Shown: positions 16,839 to 25,933, counted from the stretch's first letter. The stretch: 55,442 bases of DNA from an uncultured Actinomycetota bacterium (GCA_964423265.1 CAYREF010000006.1:1-55442), one strand, 5' to 3'. Numbers and translations: made by a program. The notes: generated by a model from the sequence alone, not told the origin.

Positions 16839-18029
16839 ATGGTTGAAAAAATTCCAATAATATTTTGGGCAATAATAGGCGTATTAGTTATAGGTATGAT
16901 GGCTTCAATACTGGTATCAGGAGTAATCCTTAAACCTGAATACAGCAAGAATACCCTAAAATACTTCAACCAGGAGTTCCTAGACAGATCTTTTGGTTAC
17001 AGCAGGGTTAAGTTATTGTTATATATTATATATAATATCCTCAGATGGTCTGCTATAATTCTTTTTTTGTATCTGGGATGGAATTTTTTAAGCCAGTTTT
17101 CCGTACTAAAAGCTTTTTTATGCTTGGCAGTTTTTTTGATTGGCCTCCAACTTATAACTTTTTCCATAAGCTATTACAGCGGCTTTGTAATTGAAAGGCT
17201 ATTTAACCTTACTACCCAGAGTTTTTCGGGCTGGCTTATTGACTACCTTAAAAGCTTTATGGTTTCATTTTTTGTGTATTTAATTTTATTTGGAGGCTTA
17301 TATATATTGCTCTTACATGTTCCGCAGTACTGGTTTGTAATTGCAGTTTTTGTGTTAATAATATTTATAGTGCTGGGAATTTTTTTATACCCTTTAATAA
17401 TTGACCCTCTATTCTATAATTTCAAATCCTTAGAAAGTGAGCCCATTAAGTCACAAATAAAGGAAATGGCCTCAAAGGCCGGGATAAGGGTAGAGGAGAT
17501 ATTGGTAGCAGATGCTAGTAGGCGGACTATAAAAGCAAATGCTTATTTTACCGGGCTGGGAAAATCCAAAAGAATAATCATCTACGATAATTTGTTAAAA
17601 AATTTTTCTGAAAAAGAGGCATTGGCTGTAATTGCCCATGAAATGGGCCATTGGAAAAAGATGCATCTTTTAAAAAAGATGGCAGTTGCAGTAGCCGGAG
17701 GTATTTTAACCCTTTTTATAATAAAAGTTATTATAAATTCAATGAATATAAGTTATGATTTTAAGGCAATTATAATTGCCTTCTTGATCTTTAGCCTGTT
17801 AAGCTTTGTGGTTATGCCACTGGAAAATTACATTTCCAGGAAATTTGAAAAAGAAGCGGACCGGCTTTCTGTAGGGCTAACCCAGGAGCCAGAGGGCCAT
17901 ATAGAGCTTATGCAGAAACTGGCCAGATCCAATTTATCAAATGTTGAGCCCAGCCGGATTGTAAAATACATAATATATAGCCATCCACCCATTATGGAAA
18001 GAATAAAGGCTGCTTCCAGCTTCAATTAA
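16839..18029 (+). CDS. M48 family (Ste24/HtpX-like) membrane metalloprotease
   Basis: Multi-TM N-terminal half, 'HEMGHW' zinc motif and downstream 'E.EAD' block. Confidence 0.8.
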   Translation: MVEKIPIIFWAIIGVLVIGMMASILVSGVILKPEYSKNTLKYFNQEFLDRSFGYSRVKLLLYIIYNILRWSAIILFLYLGWNFLSQFSVLKAFLCLAVFLIGLQLITFSISYYSGFVIERLFNLTTQSFSGWLIDYLKSFMVSFFVYLILFGGLYILLLHVPQYWFVIAVFVLIIFIVLGIFLYPLIIDPLFYNFKSLESEPIKSQIKEMASKAGIRVEEILVADASRRTIKANAYFTGLGKSKRIIIYDNLLKNFSEKEALAVIAHEMGHWKKMHLLKKMAVAVAGGILTLFIIKVIINSMNISYDFKAIIIAFLIFSLLSFVVMPLENYISRKFEKEADRLSVGLTQEPEGHIELMQKLARSNLSNVEPSRIVKYIIYSHPPIMERIKAASSFN

Positions 18030-18660
18030 ATTTCTTGCTATGACCTTTAAAATCCGGCTTTTTTTGGCCAAACCTTTTTTGGTATCTGTTATATATTTCA
18101 TTTATATCCTGGACTATTTGTTCTTCCCCGTATCCCCCGAAGTAGCTATACTGCCTGCTATTCCTGTATTCTTCTATTATCTCATCCAGCAGATAGCTTA
18201 CATCCTCTTTATCCGGAGATTCACTTTCTAAGAGGGCCCTGGCTTCAGTTAACCTATTATTTAAAAATTTAAAATGCAGCCTGCCTTCTCTGTCTGAGGC
18301 ATAAAAGAAGAGCTCCAGATCCTCAGCGCTTCTTTTTACAATGTAAAGAGGTTGACCTGGGAGGCTGTCCTGGGAGGCATACAATACTCCCGCAGAGGAG
18401 AAAATAAAAAGCAGGAAAACAGAGATAAATATAACAGCGGGTTTAAGTAAGCGTACCGTTGTTTTTGGCCTGTATTCTTCTTCCCTGATATTATCATATA
18501 TATTATTTAAAAGGTTTGTCTTAAATGCTGCGGCCGGTTTAACCTTTTTTAGGTTTTCCAGGCTATCTATTACGCCAAAATATTGCCTTATCTGACCTTG
18601 GTGGTCTGGGTACTTGTGCAGGCAATATTCAAGGTCATGGCCTTTATCTAAAAGACGCAT
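18022..18660 (-). CDS. Putative membrane-anchored anti-sigma factor
   Basis: Lies directly downstream (29 nt) of the ECF sigma gene. One central TM helix ('AVIFISVFLLFIFSSAGVLYA'). Assignment rests mainly on context. Confidence 0.4.
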   Translation of the reverse strand: MRLLDKGHDLEYCLHKYPDHQGQIRQYFGVIDSLENLKKVKPAAAFKTNLLNNIYDNIREEEYRPKTTVRLLKPAVIFISVFLLFIFSSAGVLYASQDSLPGQPLYIVKRSAEDLELFFYASDREGRLHFKFLNNRLTEARALLESESPDKEDVSYLLDEIIEEYRNSRQYSYFGGYGEEQIVQDINEIYNRYQKRFGQKKPDFKGHSKKFN

Positions 18661-18689
18661 GCAATTTAATATAATTTTTTTTATTGTTA

Positions 18690-19211
18690 TTATCCTTGCC
18701 CATTTTTTAATTCTTCCCTGAGCTTGTGTAAACCCCTAAATATTATTCCCCTTATAGTTGACTGCTTTTTGCCTAGAATCCTAGAAATTGTACCGTAATC
18801 CAAATCTTTAACAAATTTTAGCATTAGAGCCTCTTGTTGCAGGACGGTTAACCTAGACAAGCTTTTCAGGATTTTTTCATTTCCAAAGCTTAACTCTTTT
18901 CTTAGGAAGGGGCTTAAGTTAAAAAAACTTTTTTCCCAGGAAACATTTTCCTCTATATTACCAGTTTCTATTTCCTGCCGGTTTCCTTTCCTGCGGTAAT
19001 AATCTATTAATGTATTCTTGGCTATTTTATCCATATAAAAAACTTTTCTCATTCAGGCTGGTGCTTTTTAAATTTTTATAAATCTTAATTGAAACTTCGC
19101 TTGCCAGGTCTTCTGCCGCTTGTTTGTCGGTAACCCTGAACAGGAAATACCGGTAAAGCTTATCTATAAAGCAGTGATAAATTTTTTCAAACTATTTTTA
19201 TCACCGTTCAT
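18690..19211 (-). pseudogene. ECF-type sigma-70 family factor disrupted by two frameshifts at homopolymer runs
   Basis: Three frames carry consecutive parts of one sigma factor. First, 'MNGDKNSLKK' from the ATG at 19211. Second, region 2 'FEKIYHCFIDKLYRYFLFRVTDKQAAEDLASEVSIKIY...NEKSFLYG*'. Third, the track ORF 'YMDKIAKNTLIDYYRRK...LTVLQQEALMLKFVKDLDYGTISRILGKKQSTIRG'. The junctions fall in the T6 run at 19182-19187 and the A6 run at 19037-19042 (plus-strand coordinates). Confidence 0.6.
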
Positions 19212-19580
19212 GTAAAAATTTTTTAAGTATAAGTTAATGCCAGTCAAAATTTAAACACTTTCTAATAATCTGCATTAAATTATACTTTAATGTCTATCAT
19301 TTTCACATTTTCCTGGTAAAAATGATTTGAGTAACTTATTAATGTAACAAATAATGGTCCCCCAGTTTAATATCAAGTGGATAACTATTAATGCTAAAAG
19401 CAATATCGAACTCCAGCCATGCTATAATTTAAAAGAGCTCCTGGAAATAAAGGTGGGCAATACCAGGTTTGCTATTCCGCCCCGTGATGGGGATAACCAT
19501 AATATAAGGGCGTTGACAGTGCTTGCCAGGCTGCATATAAATAACCAGACTGTTAAGTATTTTTAATTTAGCCTTGATTT

Positions 19581-19865
19581 TCATTTACCGCTGCTTCTCC
19601 TGTTTTGCCTTAGCTTATTTTGATGCTGGAAATTAAATTCATTTTCATAGCACCTGTTACTGCAGTCTCTATGGTAGCAGTTTTGCCACTGGTGGTTGTG
19701 AGTATAGCAATACTGGCTAAAGCTATCCTTCTTGTATTCTGCTGTTGATCCCCAGTCCTTGCCTTTTTCTGCTACTTTCTCTTTCTGATATGCAAATAAG
19801 AAACCGGTGGCACTTAGAAGTACCACTACCCCAATGGCCACTGCTACTATTATTTTTTTAATCAT
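19581..19865 (-). CDS. Small membrane-anchored Cys/His-rich protein, unknown function
   Basis: The internal ATG at 19865 is preceded by AAAGGAGG. One N-terminal TM helix, then the 'CYTHNHQWQNCYHRDCSNRCYENEFNFQHQ' tail. Confidence 0.4.
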   Translation of the reverse strand: MIKKIIVAVAIGVVVLLSATGFLFAYQKEKVAEKGKDWGSTAEYKKDSFSQYCYTHNHQWQNCYHRDCSNRCYENEFNFQHQNKLRQNRRSSGK

Positions 19866-19995
19866 CTTGCCTCCTTTAAAGCTTTTGTTATATATAAACG
19901 AACCTAACCGCAATTTTGTTAGGGAAAAAATTTTTTAGTGCAATAAATATATGGGTATGCTATCATTAAAAAAATACCGACTGGTAGGTTTTTTT

Positions 19996-20598
19996 ATGAA
20001 TAAACAGGAGCGGGGCCTTAAAACTAGGAGCAAAATTTTAAAAATGGCATTATTGTGTTTTGCCAGAAATGGGTTTGACAATACCAGCATAGAGCAGATT
20101 TGTAATAGAGCTGGCATGAGCAAGGGAGCTTTTTACCACCATTTTGAAAGCAAGCAACATCTTTTTCTGGAACTGGTTAATGATTGGCTAAAAAGAATAG
20201 ATGAGAGGCTGCAATCTTTAGGGCTTGAGTCGGGAGATGTGAAAGAAACAATTTCCAAAATTAGCTCAGTTGCTGAATCTGTTTTTAAGGAAGCGGGGGA
20301 TAATGTACCTATTTTCCTGGAGATCTGGCTTAAGATTGCCAGGGACCCTGCAGTCCATGACAAGCTTGTGGAGCCATATCAGAAGTATTTAAGCTATTTT
20401 AAGGATTTGATACAAAAATCAATAGACAGCAGTAATTTGAAAAAGGTAAATGCTGAAGCTACAGCAAGGCTGGTTATAGCCCTTTCGCTGGGTTTGCTTC
20501 TGCAGAGTTACTTTGAAAAAGAAAACCAGGATTGGGAAGGAATAACAAGGGAAGCTTTCCTGGTTTTTACACAGGGGATTTTAGCAAGAGAGGGATGA
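19996..20598 (+). CDS. TetR/AcrR family transcriptional regulator
   Basis: 'FARNGFDNTSIEQICNRAGMSKGAFYHHFESKQ' HTH signature. The ATG at 19996 is preferred over the upstream track start. Confidence 0.8.
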   Translation: MNKQERGLKTRSKILKMALLCFARNGFDNTSIEQICNRAGMSKGAFYHHFESKQHLFLELVNDWLKRIDERLQSLGLESGDVKETISKISSVAESVFKEAGDNVPIFLEIWLKIARDPAVHDKLVEPYQKYLSYFKDLIQKSIDSSNLKKVNAEATARLVIALSLGLLLQSYFEKENQDWEGITREAFLVFTQGILAREG

Positions 20599-20602
20599 TG
20601 GC

Positions 20603-21595
20603 ATGAAAGTTCTTTTAACTGGAGGTTTTGGATGTATTGGGCTTTGTACCCTGGAAAAATTAATTAATAAAGGGCATGAAGTTAGAATATTTGATATAAA
20701 AAGCAAGCAAAACGAGAAAAAAGCAAAAAAAATGGCCAATGAGGCTGAAATATTCTGGGGAAGTGTTAGCCATAGGGAAGATATAGAGAATGCTTTAAAG
20801 GATATAGATTTAGTTATACATCTGGCTTTTTTGATGCCTCCGGCCAGCGAAGAAGACCCTAATAATTCCTGGGATATAAATATCGGGGGCACCAAAAACC
20901 TTATCGATGCTATGAGAAGAATGGAAAAAAAGCCTAAAATTATTTTTACTTCATCAGTTTCGGTGTATGGTAGGACGCAGCACCTACCTCCGCCTAGAAA
21001 TAAACATGATGAACTAAAGCCAACCGATAATTATTCCCACCATAAAGTTGCCTGTGAGCAACTGGTAAAAATTTCTAGCCTTAAGTGGTCCATATTCCGA
21101 TTGGGTGCAGTTCTGTCCTTTTCTCTGACTGAATTAAATCCCATGCTTTTCTCAGTTCCTCTGGATACCAGGATAGAAATAGTGCACCCCCAGGATGTAG
21201 CAGAAGCTTTTGCCAACGCTGCTGGCAATGAAAAGGTCTACAATAAGGTATTGCTTATTGGGGGCGGGGAAAGCTGCAGGTTATACCAGAAAGAATTTGT
21301 AGAAAGGGTAATGAATGCAGTAGGAGTTGGGATGCTGCCCCAGGCAGCTTTTGACATAAGACCATTTTACACTGACTGGTTGCAAACAGATGAAAGCCAG
21401 GGGCTGCTGGATTATCAGAAACATAATTTAGATGATTTTATTAGGGAGATAAGGGAAAAACTGGGACTGAAGAGGCATTTTGTAAAAATACTTTCCCCTG
21501 CCATCAGGTACTTCCTTTTAAAGAAATCCCCATACTTGAAGAAGGACAGACCAAAAAATAATTTTAATAAAAAACCGAAAATATCGCATATCTAG
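20603..21595 (+). CDS. NAD-dependent epimerase/dehydratase (extended SDR) family protein
   Basis: 'LLTGGFGCIG' GxxGxxG motif and 'YSHHK' YxxxK catalytic motif. Confidence 0.8.
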   Translation: MKVLLTGGFGCIGLCTLEKLINKGHEVRIFDIKSKQNEKKAKKMANEAEIFWGSVSHREDIENALKDIDLVIHLAFLMPPASEEDPNNSWDINIGGTKNLIDAMRRMEKKPKIIFTSSVSVYGRTQHLPPPRNKHDELKPTDNYSHHKVACEQLVKISSLKWSIFRLGAVLSFSLTELNPMLFSVPLDTRIEIVHPQDVAEAFANAAGNEKVYNKVLLIGGGESCRLYQKEFVERVMNAVGVGMLPQAAFDIRPFYTDWLQTDESQGLLDYQKHNLDDFIREIREKLGLKRHFVKILSPAIRYFLLKKSPYLKKDRPKNNFNKKPKISHI

Positions 21596-22061
21596 ATTAT
21601 AATTCCTGCCAGAATTCCAAAATACAATTCAACCGAAAGCCTAATGGAAGGCAATAATTTTTTTAGCTTATACCATGAAGAATTAAAATTAACCCTAAAG
21701 GCCAATTTTTTCTGCGGCTGGCACAGATAAGGGACGGGTGTTTATTAGGAGAAAGTATATGCTCAACTTTGCCTGGACCGTAATTTTGAGCTTGTAGCAT
21801 AAAAATATTTTGAAGGATATAATATGGTCTTAAAATAACCGGAATATTTATATGAATACGAATTAGACTCTACCGAGGAGAATACAGGGGGATTTAGATA
21901 TATAATTTCTGCTGATATAGGCAATAAATGGGTAAAGAAAGTATTAAGAGACAAGGTACATTGAATTTCCGGTCCTGCAGAATGGTTGATAGTATAGCCG
22001 GCAGCTTAAAAAATAGACAGGGTAATATTAAAAGGAATTTTCCTGGCTACAATAAGGGAAA

Positions 22062-22373
22062 ATGAACAAATTTTTAAGAAAATTAAATAGGATTGCAGCT
22101 TACATCCTTATAGTTCTTTTTGTAATACTTATGATTACAGGTTACAGGCAGGTGGGGTATTTTACTTTTATTACCAGAGGGGTTGCAAGTAGCTTGCACC
22201 AGATTTACATTAATATAATATTTTTGGTTTTATTTACTTTTCATTCTGCAATGGGGATAAGAATTGCCTTAAAAAGGAATAAAGTAAGCGGGCTGTATGT
22301 GGATATTTTATTGATTATACTAAGCATTATTTTTATTGCCGGATTTTCTTATTTTACTATGGCCTTAATTTAA
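22062..22373 (+). CDS. Small polytopic membrane protein with conserved His residues (DUF4405-like?)
   Basis: 103 aa, 3 predicted TM helices with His in the helices ('SSLHQIY', 'FTFHSAMG'). Stop lies 3 nt before the Moco-domain gene. Confidence 0.45.
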   Translation: MNKFLRKLNRIAAYILIVLFVILMITGYRQVGYFTFITRGVASSLHQIYINIIFLVLFTFHSAMGIRIALKRNKVSGLYVDILLIILSIIFIAGFSYFTMALI

Positions 22374-22376
22374 AAA

Positions 22377-23552
22377 ATGAAGAAAAAACTTTACATTACA
22401 TTAATAGTTATAACCCTAGTTGGTTTGATTGGCTTCTTCTCTTATTATATTGCCAAAAATGAACTGGGAAAAAGGAGAGAACAAGCCTTTGATCCTGCCA
22501 GCATTGATATTAGCCAAATTGACAGCGACTTGGAATTTGCAGAAACTATCCCTGAATACAGGATATTGTTTAATGGTTTGGTTGAAGAAAGCGTGGAACT
22601 GAAATTTACTGATATTATTAAACAGTATGGAAATGAAACACAAGTTCAGAGAGTACATGGGATAAGGTCTGATGGGGAAGAAATTGATATTGAGTATACT
22701 GGTATGGATATTAATTTGATATTGGAAGATTTAGGAATAAATGAAGAAGCAAAGAATATTACTATATATGCTACCGACCTTTATGCAGCTAATTTTAAGT
22801 TGGAGGAAACAAAAGAAGATTTTTATTTAGTTTGGAAAAAAAATGGAGAATACATGAATCCTTCTCAAGATGGGGTGTTAAAAATAGCTAAGCACAATGG
22901 CCTTACCAGCAAATGGGTAAAAAATCCTGTGCTTTTTAATTTTATTGCAGAATTTAAGGATTTGGTTCCGGAAGGGGACAGGGAAACCATGGAAGCCATA
23001 GAGTTTGCTTCAGAGCAGAGCATGTTCACCTTATCCATAAGCGGTTCTCCAGAGATAGATGCAGAAGACTGGGAATTGAGGATAGGGGGGCTGTCAGATA
23101 ATACTCTTGGCCTAAGCTATGAGGATATAAAAAGTATGCCTCAGGAATCTGTTTACGCTACCCTGGAAACAATTTCAAATCCCCCTGGAGGTCCATTGAT
23201 TGGAAATGCAGTGTGGGAAGGAGTTCCTTTTTCTCATATATTAGAGCTGGCGGATTACAAGGAATCTGCGGTTGAAGTTGTGTTTTACTGCCAGGATGGA
23301 TATTCTACAAGCATAACTATGGAAGAGGCCAGGCAGGAGGGTGTAATTTTAGCTTATAAGATGAATGGAAGGGAGCTGTCTCCTGTACATGGTTTTCCGG
23401 TAAGGATGGTAATACCTTCAAAATATGGAATGAAATGGGCTAAGTGGATTAACCAGATAGAATTTGTAGATTATGATTACAAAGGGTACTGGGAGAGCAG
23501 GGGTTGGTCAGATTATGCAGGCAGAGACCAGCCTGACAAAAGATATGACTGA
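22377..23552 (+). CDS. Membrane-anchored sulfite-oxidase-fold (molybdopterin-binding domain) oxidoreductase with a duplicated domain
   Basis: The C-terminal half matches the Oxidored_molyb pattern ('W.GVPFSHIL...VVFYCQDGYSTS...ILAYKMNGRELSPVHGFPVRMVIPSKYGMKWAKWI..IEF'). The N-terminal half repeats the same pattern in degenerate form. N-terminal TM anchor. Confidence 0.7.
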   Translation: MKKKLYITLIVITLVGLIGFFSYYIAKNELGKRREQAFDPASIDISQIDSDLEFAETIPEYRILFNGLVEESVELKFTDIIKQYGNETQVQRVHGIRSDGEEIDIEYTGMDINLILEDLGINEEAKNITIYATDLYAANFKLEETKEDFYLVWKKNGEYMNPSQDGVLKIAKHNGLTSKWVKNPVLFNFIAEFKDLVPEGDRETMEAIEFASEQSMFTLSISGSPEIDAEDWELRIGGLSDNTLGLSYEDIKSMPQESVYATLETISNPPGGPLIGNAVWEGVPFSHILELADYKESAVEVVFYCQDGYSTSITMEEARQEGVILAYKMNGRELSPVHGFPVRMVIPSKYGMKWAKWINQIEFVDYDYKGYWESRGWSDYAGRDQPDKRYD

Positions 23553-23563
23553 GGTCATAAATT

Positions 23564-23752
23564 ATGCAAAATTTAATATTGGGCCTGGGCATTACTTCAT
23601 ATAGCATGCTGGTGCTGACTTTAATAGGGCTGCTTCTTTTTAGGCTGAAAAAGAAGAGGATATTTTACAAAATGCACAGGGCTTTAGGGATAGTTACTTT
23701 AATCCTTGCTTCCACCCATGGATTTCTTGCATTGTATTATTACCTGGGTTAA
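23564..23752 (+). CDS. Small two-TM membrane protein with a His motif
   Basis: 62 aa. 'MHRALGIVTLILASTHGFLALYY' resembles the C-terminal helix of the 22062 ORF. Operon position after the Moco-domain gene. Confidence 0.4.
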   Translation: MQNLILGLGITSYSMLVLTLIGLLLFRLKKKRIFYKMHRALGIVTLILASTHGFLALYYYLG

Positions 23753-24375
23753 TTTAGGGTAATTGATGTTTTGCCCCTGGCAGTATGCTTTTTATCAAAA
23801 TCTGTATGGGCAGAGTTTATGGCAAGAAGTATTGTATATTCCTTTCCAGGAGCAAGCTTTTTATCGAATTGATCTCCAGAATCCATAGGTATTACTATTT
23901 CATAGCTAATGCCTTTTTCTGTGCTTTGCCCGGCATATCTTGTAATATTTTCTGTCCCCCCAAGTCCAGTGTCAGGGGAATGACTAAAATTACCGGTGCC
24001 GAAGTCATCCCTAACTATAATCTCACCATTAACATTTGCCAGAAAAATGAAATTTGCTCCCTTCATTACCCTTTCGGGATCCAAGCCTATTGCAATCCAT
24101 CCCTTAGATTCTGACTGAAGGCCAATATAGAGGTTTGACTCATCATTAAACCAGTACAGGCTAATTCCTGTTGATGCTTCCTCCAGTTTAAAGGGGTATT
24201 CTTCATCTCTAATAATGCCATCTACGGTAATATCTTCTGCAGAGAAAGTTTCTTTTAGGATTTCCTGCTTTGCAGTCTCCTCCGGTTTTTTAGAGCAGGA
24301 GGAAAATATCAAAAGGCTGCATAGCATTATGGCTAAAAAAATAAAGGGTATAGATTTTTTCATTTTATTTTCCAT
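23749..24375 (-). CDS. DOMON-like domain lipoprotein
   Basis: Lipobox 'IFSSC'. 'VDGII.DEEYP......G.SLYW..D...LYIGL.....GW.AIGL' pattern is typical of DOMON/EB_dh heme-binding-like domains. Confidence 0.55.
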   Translation of the reverse strand: MENKMKKSIPFIFLAIMLCSLLIFSSCSKKPEETAKQEILKETFSAEDITVDGIIRDEEYPFKLEEASTGISLYWFNDESNLYIGLQSESKGWIAIGLDPERVMKGANFIFLANVNGEIIVRDDFGTGNFSHSPDTGLGGTENITRYAGQSTEKGISYEIVIPMDSGDQFDKKLAPGKEYTILLAINSAHTDFDKKHTARGKTSITLN

Positions 24376-24442
24376 TATATTTAAAATACCATAATTTTTT
24401 CCTGTTTGATATTAAAAAATAATTATACATATAATAAAAATG

Positions 24443-24470
24443 TTGACTTTAAAAAAGAAAGTGGTATATT
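24443..24470 (+). promoter_or_regulatory. Putative sigma-70 promoter of the perR operon (-35 TTGACT, -10 TATATT)
   Basis: TTGACT at 24443-24448 and TATATT at 24465-24470, with a 16-nt spacer, about 40 nt upstream of the perR ATG. Confidence 0.4.
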
Positions 24471-24499
24471 AATTAGTAATAGTTATTACTACTAATTAA
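24469..24499. promoter_or_regulatory. Inverted repeat / Fur-family (PerR-box-like) operator
   Basis: Perfect 10-nt arms TTAATTAGTA (24469-24478) and TACTAATTAA (24490-24499). They flank an inner TAATA-gt-TATTA dyad and overlap the -10 element. Confidence 0.45.
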
Positions 24500-24507
24500 T
24501 AAAGATT

Positions 24508-24894
24508 ATGAATAAATATAGAATGACGCCCCAGAGAAGAGTTATATTGGAAGAGCTTAAAAAAACAAAAAAGCATCCTAGCGCCAATGAAGTATATCAT
24601 GCAGTTAGGGAAAGATTGCCTGATATTAGTATGGGTACTGTTTACAGGAACCTAGAAATCCTTACTCAGCAAGGAGAAGCCCAAAAAATTACCAATGGGG
24701 GAAAAAAGAAAAGGTATGACGGCAATGCCGGAAAGCATTTCCATGTAAAATGCACTAGTTGTGGGAGGGTAGATGATCTCCCGGGTAATTTAGTAGATTT
24801 GATAGAGAAAAATATTGATATAAACTGCAGTTATAAAATTACAGGGTATAACCTCTTTTTTTATGGATTATGCCCTGATTGTAAAAAAAGATAA
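24508..24894 (+). CDS. perR: Fur family peroxide-responsive repressor (PerR-like)
   Basis: '[12 protein letters not shown].....HPSANEVY..V......[13 protein letters not shown]' and two C-terminal CxxC pairs ('CTSCG', 'CPDCK'). Heads an oxidative-stress operon. Confidence 0.8.
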   Translation: MNKYRMTPQRRVILEELKKTKKHPSANEVYHAVRERLPDISMGTVYRNLEILTQQGEAQKITNGGKKKRYDGNAGKHFHVKCTSCGRVDDLPGNLVDLIEKNIDINCSYKITGYNLFFYGLCPDCKKR

Positions 24895-24904
24895 AGGAGA
24901 AGAG

Positions 24905-25546
24905 ATGGAAGAAAAGATACCATTAATAGGAGAGGCATTTCCAGAAATAGAAGTAGGCACTACCCATGGCCAAATTGAGCTGCCCCTTGATTTTTCAGGG
25001 AAGTGGTTTATTTTATTCAGTCACCCAGCAGATTTTACGCCGGTGTGCACTACTGAATTTGTTGCTTTCCAGAAAAGGTTTGATGATTTCAAAAAGCAAA
25101 ACTGTGAGCTTATAGGGTTAAGTATTGATCAGGTATTCTCTCATATAAAATGGGTACAGTGGATAAAGGAAAACCTGGATGTAGAAATTAAATTTCCAGT
25201 GATTGCTGATGATACCGGTAGGGTGGCTAAAATGCTGGGTTTAATTCACCCAAACAAGGGCACCAACACTGTAAGGGCTGTATTTATAGTAGATCCCCAT
25301 TCAAAAATCAGGGCCATACTTTATTATCCCCAGGAACTTGGCAGGAATATGGATGAAATACTGAGGATGGTCAAAGGGTTCCAAGTAGCTGATAAAAATG
25401 GAGTAGCTATGCCAGCAAATTGGCCCAATAATGAATTGGTGGGAGAAGAAGTGATTGTACCACCTCCAAAAGATGAAAAGAGTGCAAAAGAAATTACTAA
25501 AAAATATGAATGCTTTGACTGGTGGTTCTGCCACAGGAAGGTTTAA
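24905..25546 (+). CDS. Peroxiredoxin (Prx6/archaeal-type, AhpC/TSA family)
   Basis: '[13 protein letters not shown]' peroxidatic-Cys motif and C-terminal 'CFDWWFC' (C-x5-C). The ATG at 24905 is preceded by AAAGGAGAAG. Confidence 0.85.
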   Translation: MEEKIPLIGEAFPEIEVGTTHGQIELPLDFSGKWFILFSHPADFTPVCTTEFVAFQKRFDDFKKQNCELIGLSIDQVFSHIKWVQWIKENLDVEIKFPVIADDTGRVAKMLGLIHPNKGTNTVRAVFIVDPHSKIRAILYYPQELGRNMDEILRMVKGFQVADKNGVAMPANWPNNELVGEEVIVPPPKDEKSAKEITKKYECFDWWFCHRKV

Positions 25547-25558
25547 AGGAGAAAAAAA

Positions 25559-25933
25559 ATGACTGAAAAATTAGAAATTTACAAGTGTGAAGTATGCGGC
25601 AATATTGTAGAATTGGTTCATGAAGGCAAAGGAGAGCTAGTATGCTGCGGAGAACCTATGAAACACTATAAGGAAAATACTGTAGATGCCGCAAAGGAAA
25701 AGCATGTACCGGTAACGGAAAAAGAAGGGAATATGGTTAAGATAAAAGTGGGGAGTGTTGCCCACCCCATGGAAGAGGACCATTATATTGAATGGATTGA
25801 AATAATTGATGGAAATAAGGCTTACAGGACATTTTTGAGTCCTGGGCAATCTCCGGAAGCAGGATTTTGTCTGGATTCAGACAGTTTTGTTGTCCGGGAA
25901 TATTGTAATATACATGGATTATGGAAAGGATAG
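25559..25933 (+). CDS. dfx: Desulfoferrodoxin (2Fe superoxide reductase)
   Basis: N-terminal desulforedoxin-like 'CEVCGN....CCGEPM' centre I, plus 'KHVPV' and 'H..E..H' centre II elements and 'CN.HGLW'. Confidence 0.85.
   Translation: MTEKLEIYKCEVCGNIVELVHEGKGELVCCGEPMKHYKENTVDAAKEKHVPVTEKEGNMVKIKVGSVAHPMEEDHYIEWIEIIDGNKAYRTFLSPGQSPEAGFCLDSDSFVVREYCNIHGLWKG

Noticed and set aside
19354-19566. 70-aa plus-strand ORF in the gap between the small membrane protein and the sigma gene
   Set aside because: It has no Shine-Dalgarno and no recognisable motif. The region is expected to hold the terminator of the 19581 gene and the promoter of the sigma gene. Coding cannot be excluded, but it is unsupported.
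19968-19995. A7-TACC-gact-GGTA-gg-T7 imperfect inverted repeat just before the tetR ATG
   Set aside because: The specific core is only 4 bp per arm and the rest is A/T homopolymer. It could be a TetR operator but is indistinguishable from chance in AT-rich DNA.
21763-21954. 63-aa minus-strand ORF in the 466-nt intergenic region
   Set aside because: It has a low-complexity Ser/Tyr-rich translation, no SD and no partner genes in that orientation. It is probably spurious; the region is reported as an unexplained gap instead.
21860-22010. Moco or c-di-GMP (GEMM) riboswitch assignment for the leader of the Moco-domain operon
   Set aside because: Short resemblances (CCGAGGAG; GGCACAG..GGGACG near 21715-21740) are too fragmentary, and I cannot reproduce the covariation model from memory. 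This is left as an open question requiring an Infernal scan rather than a feature call.
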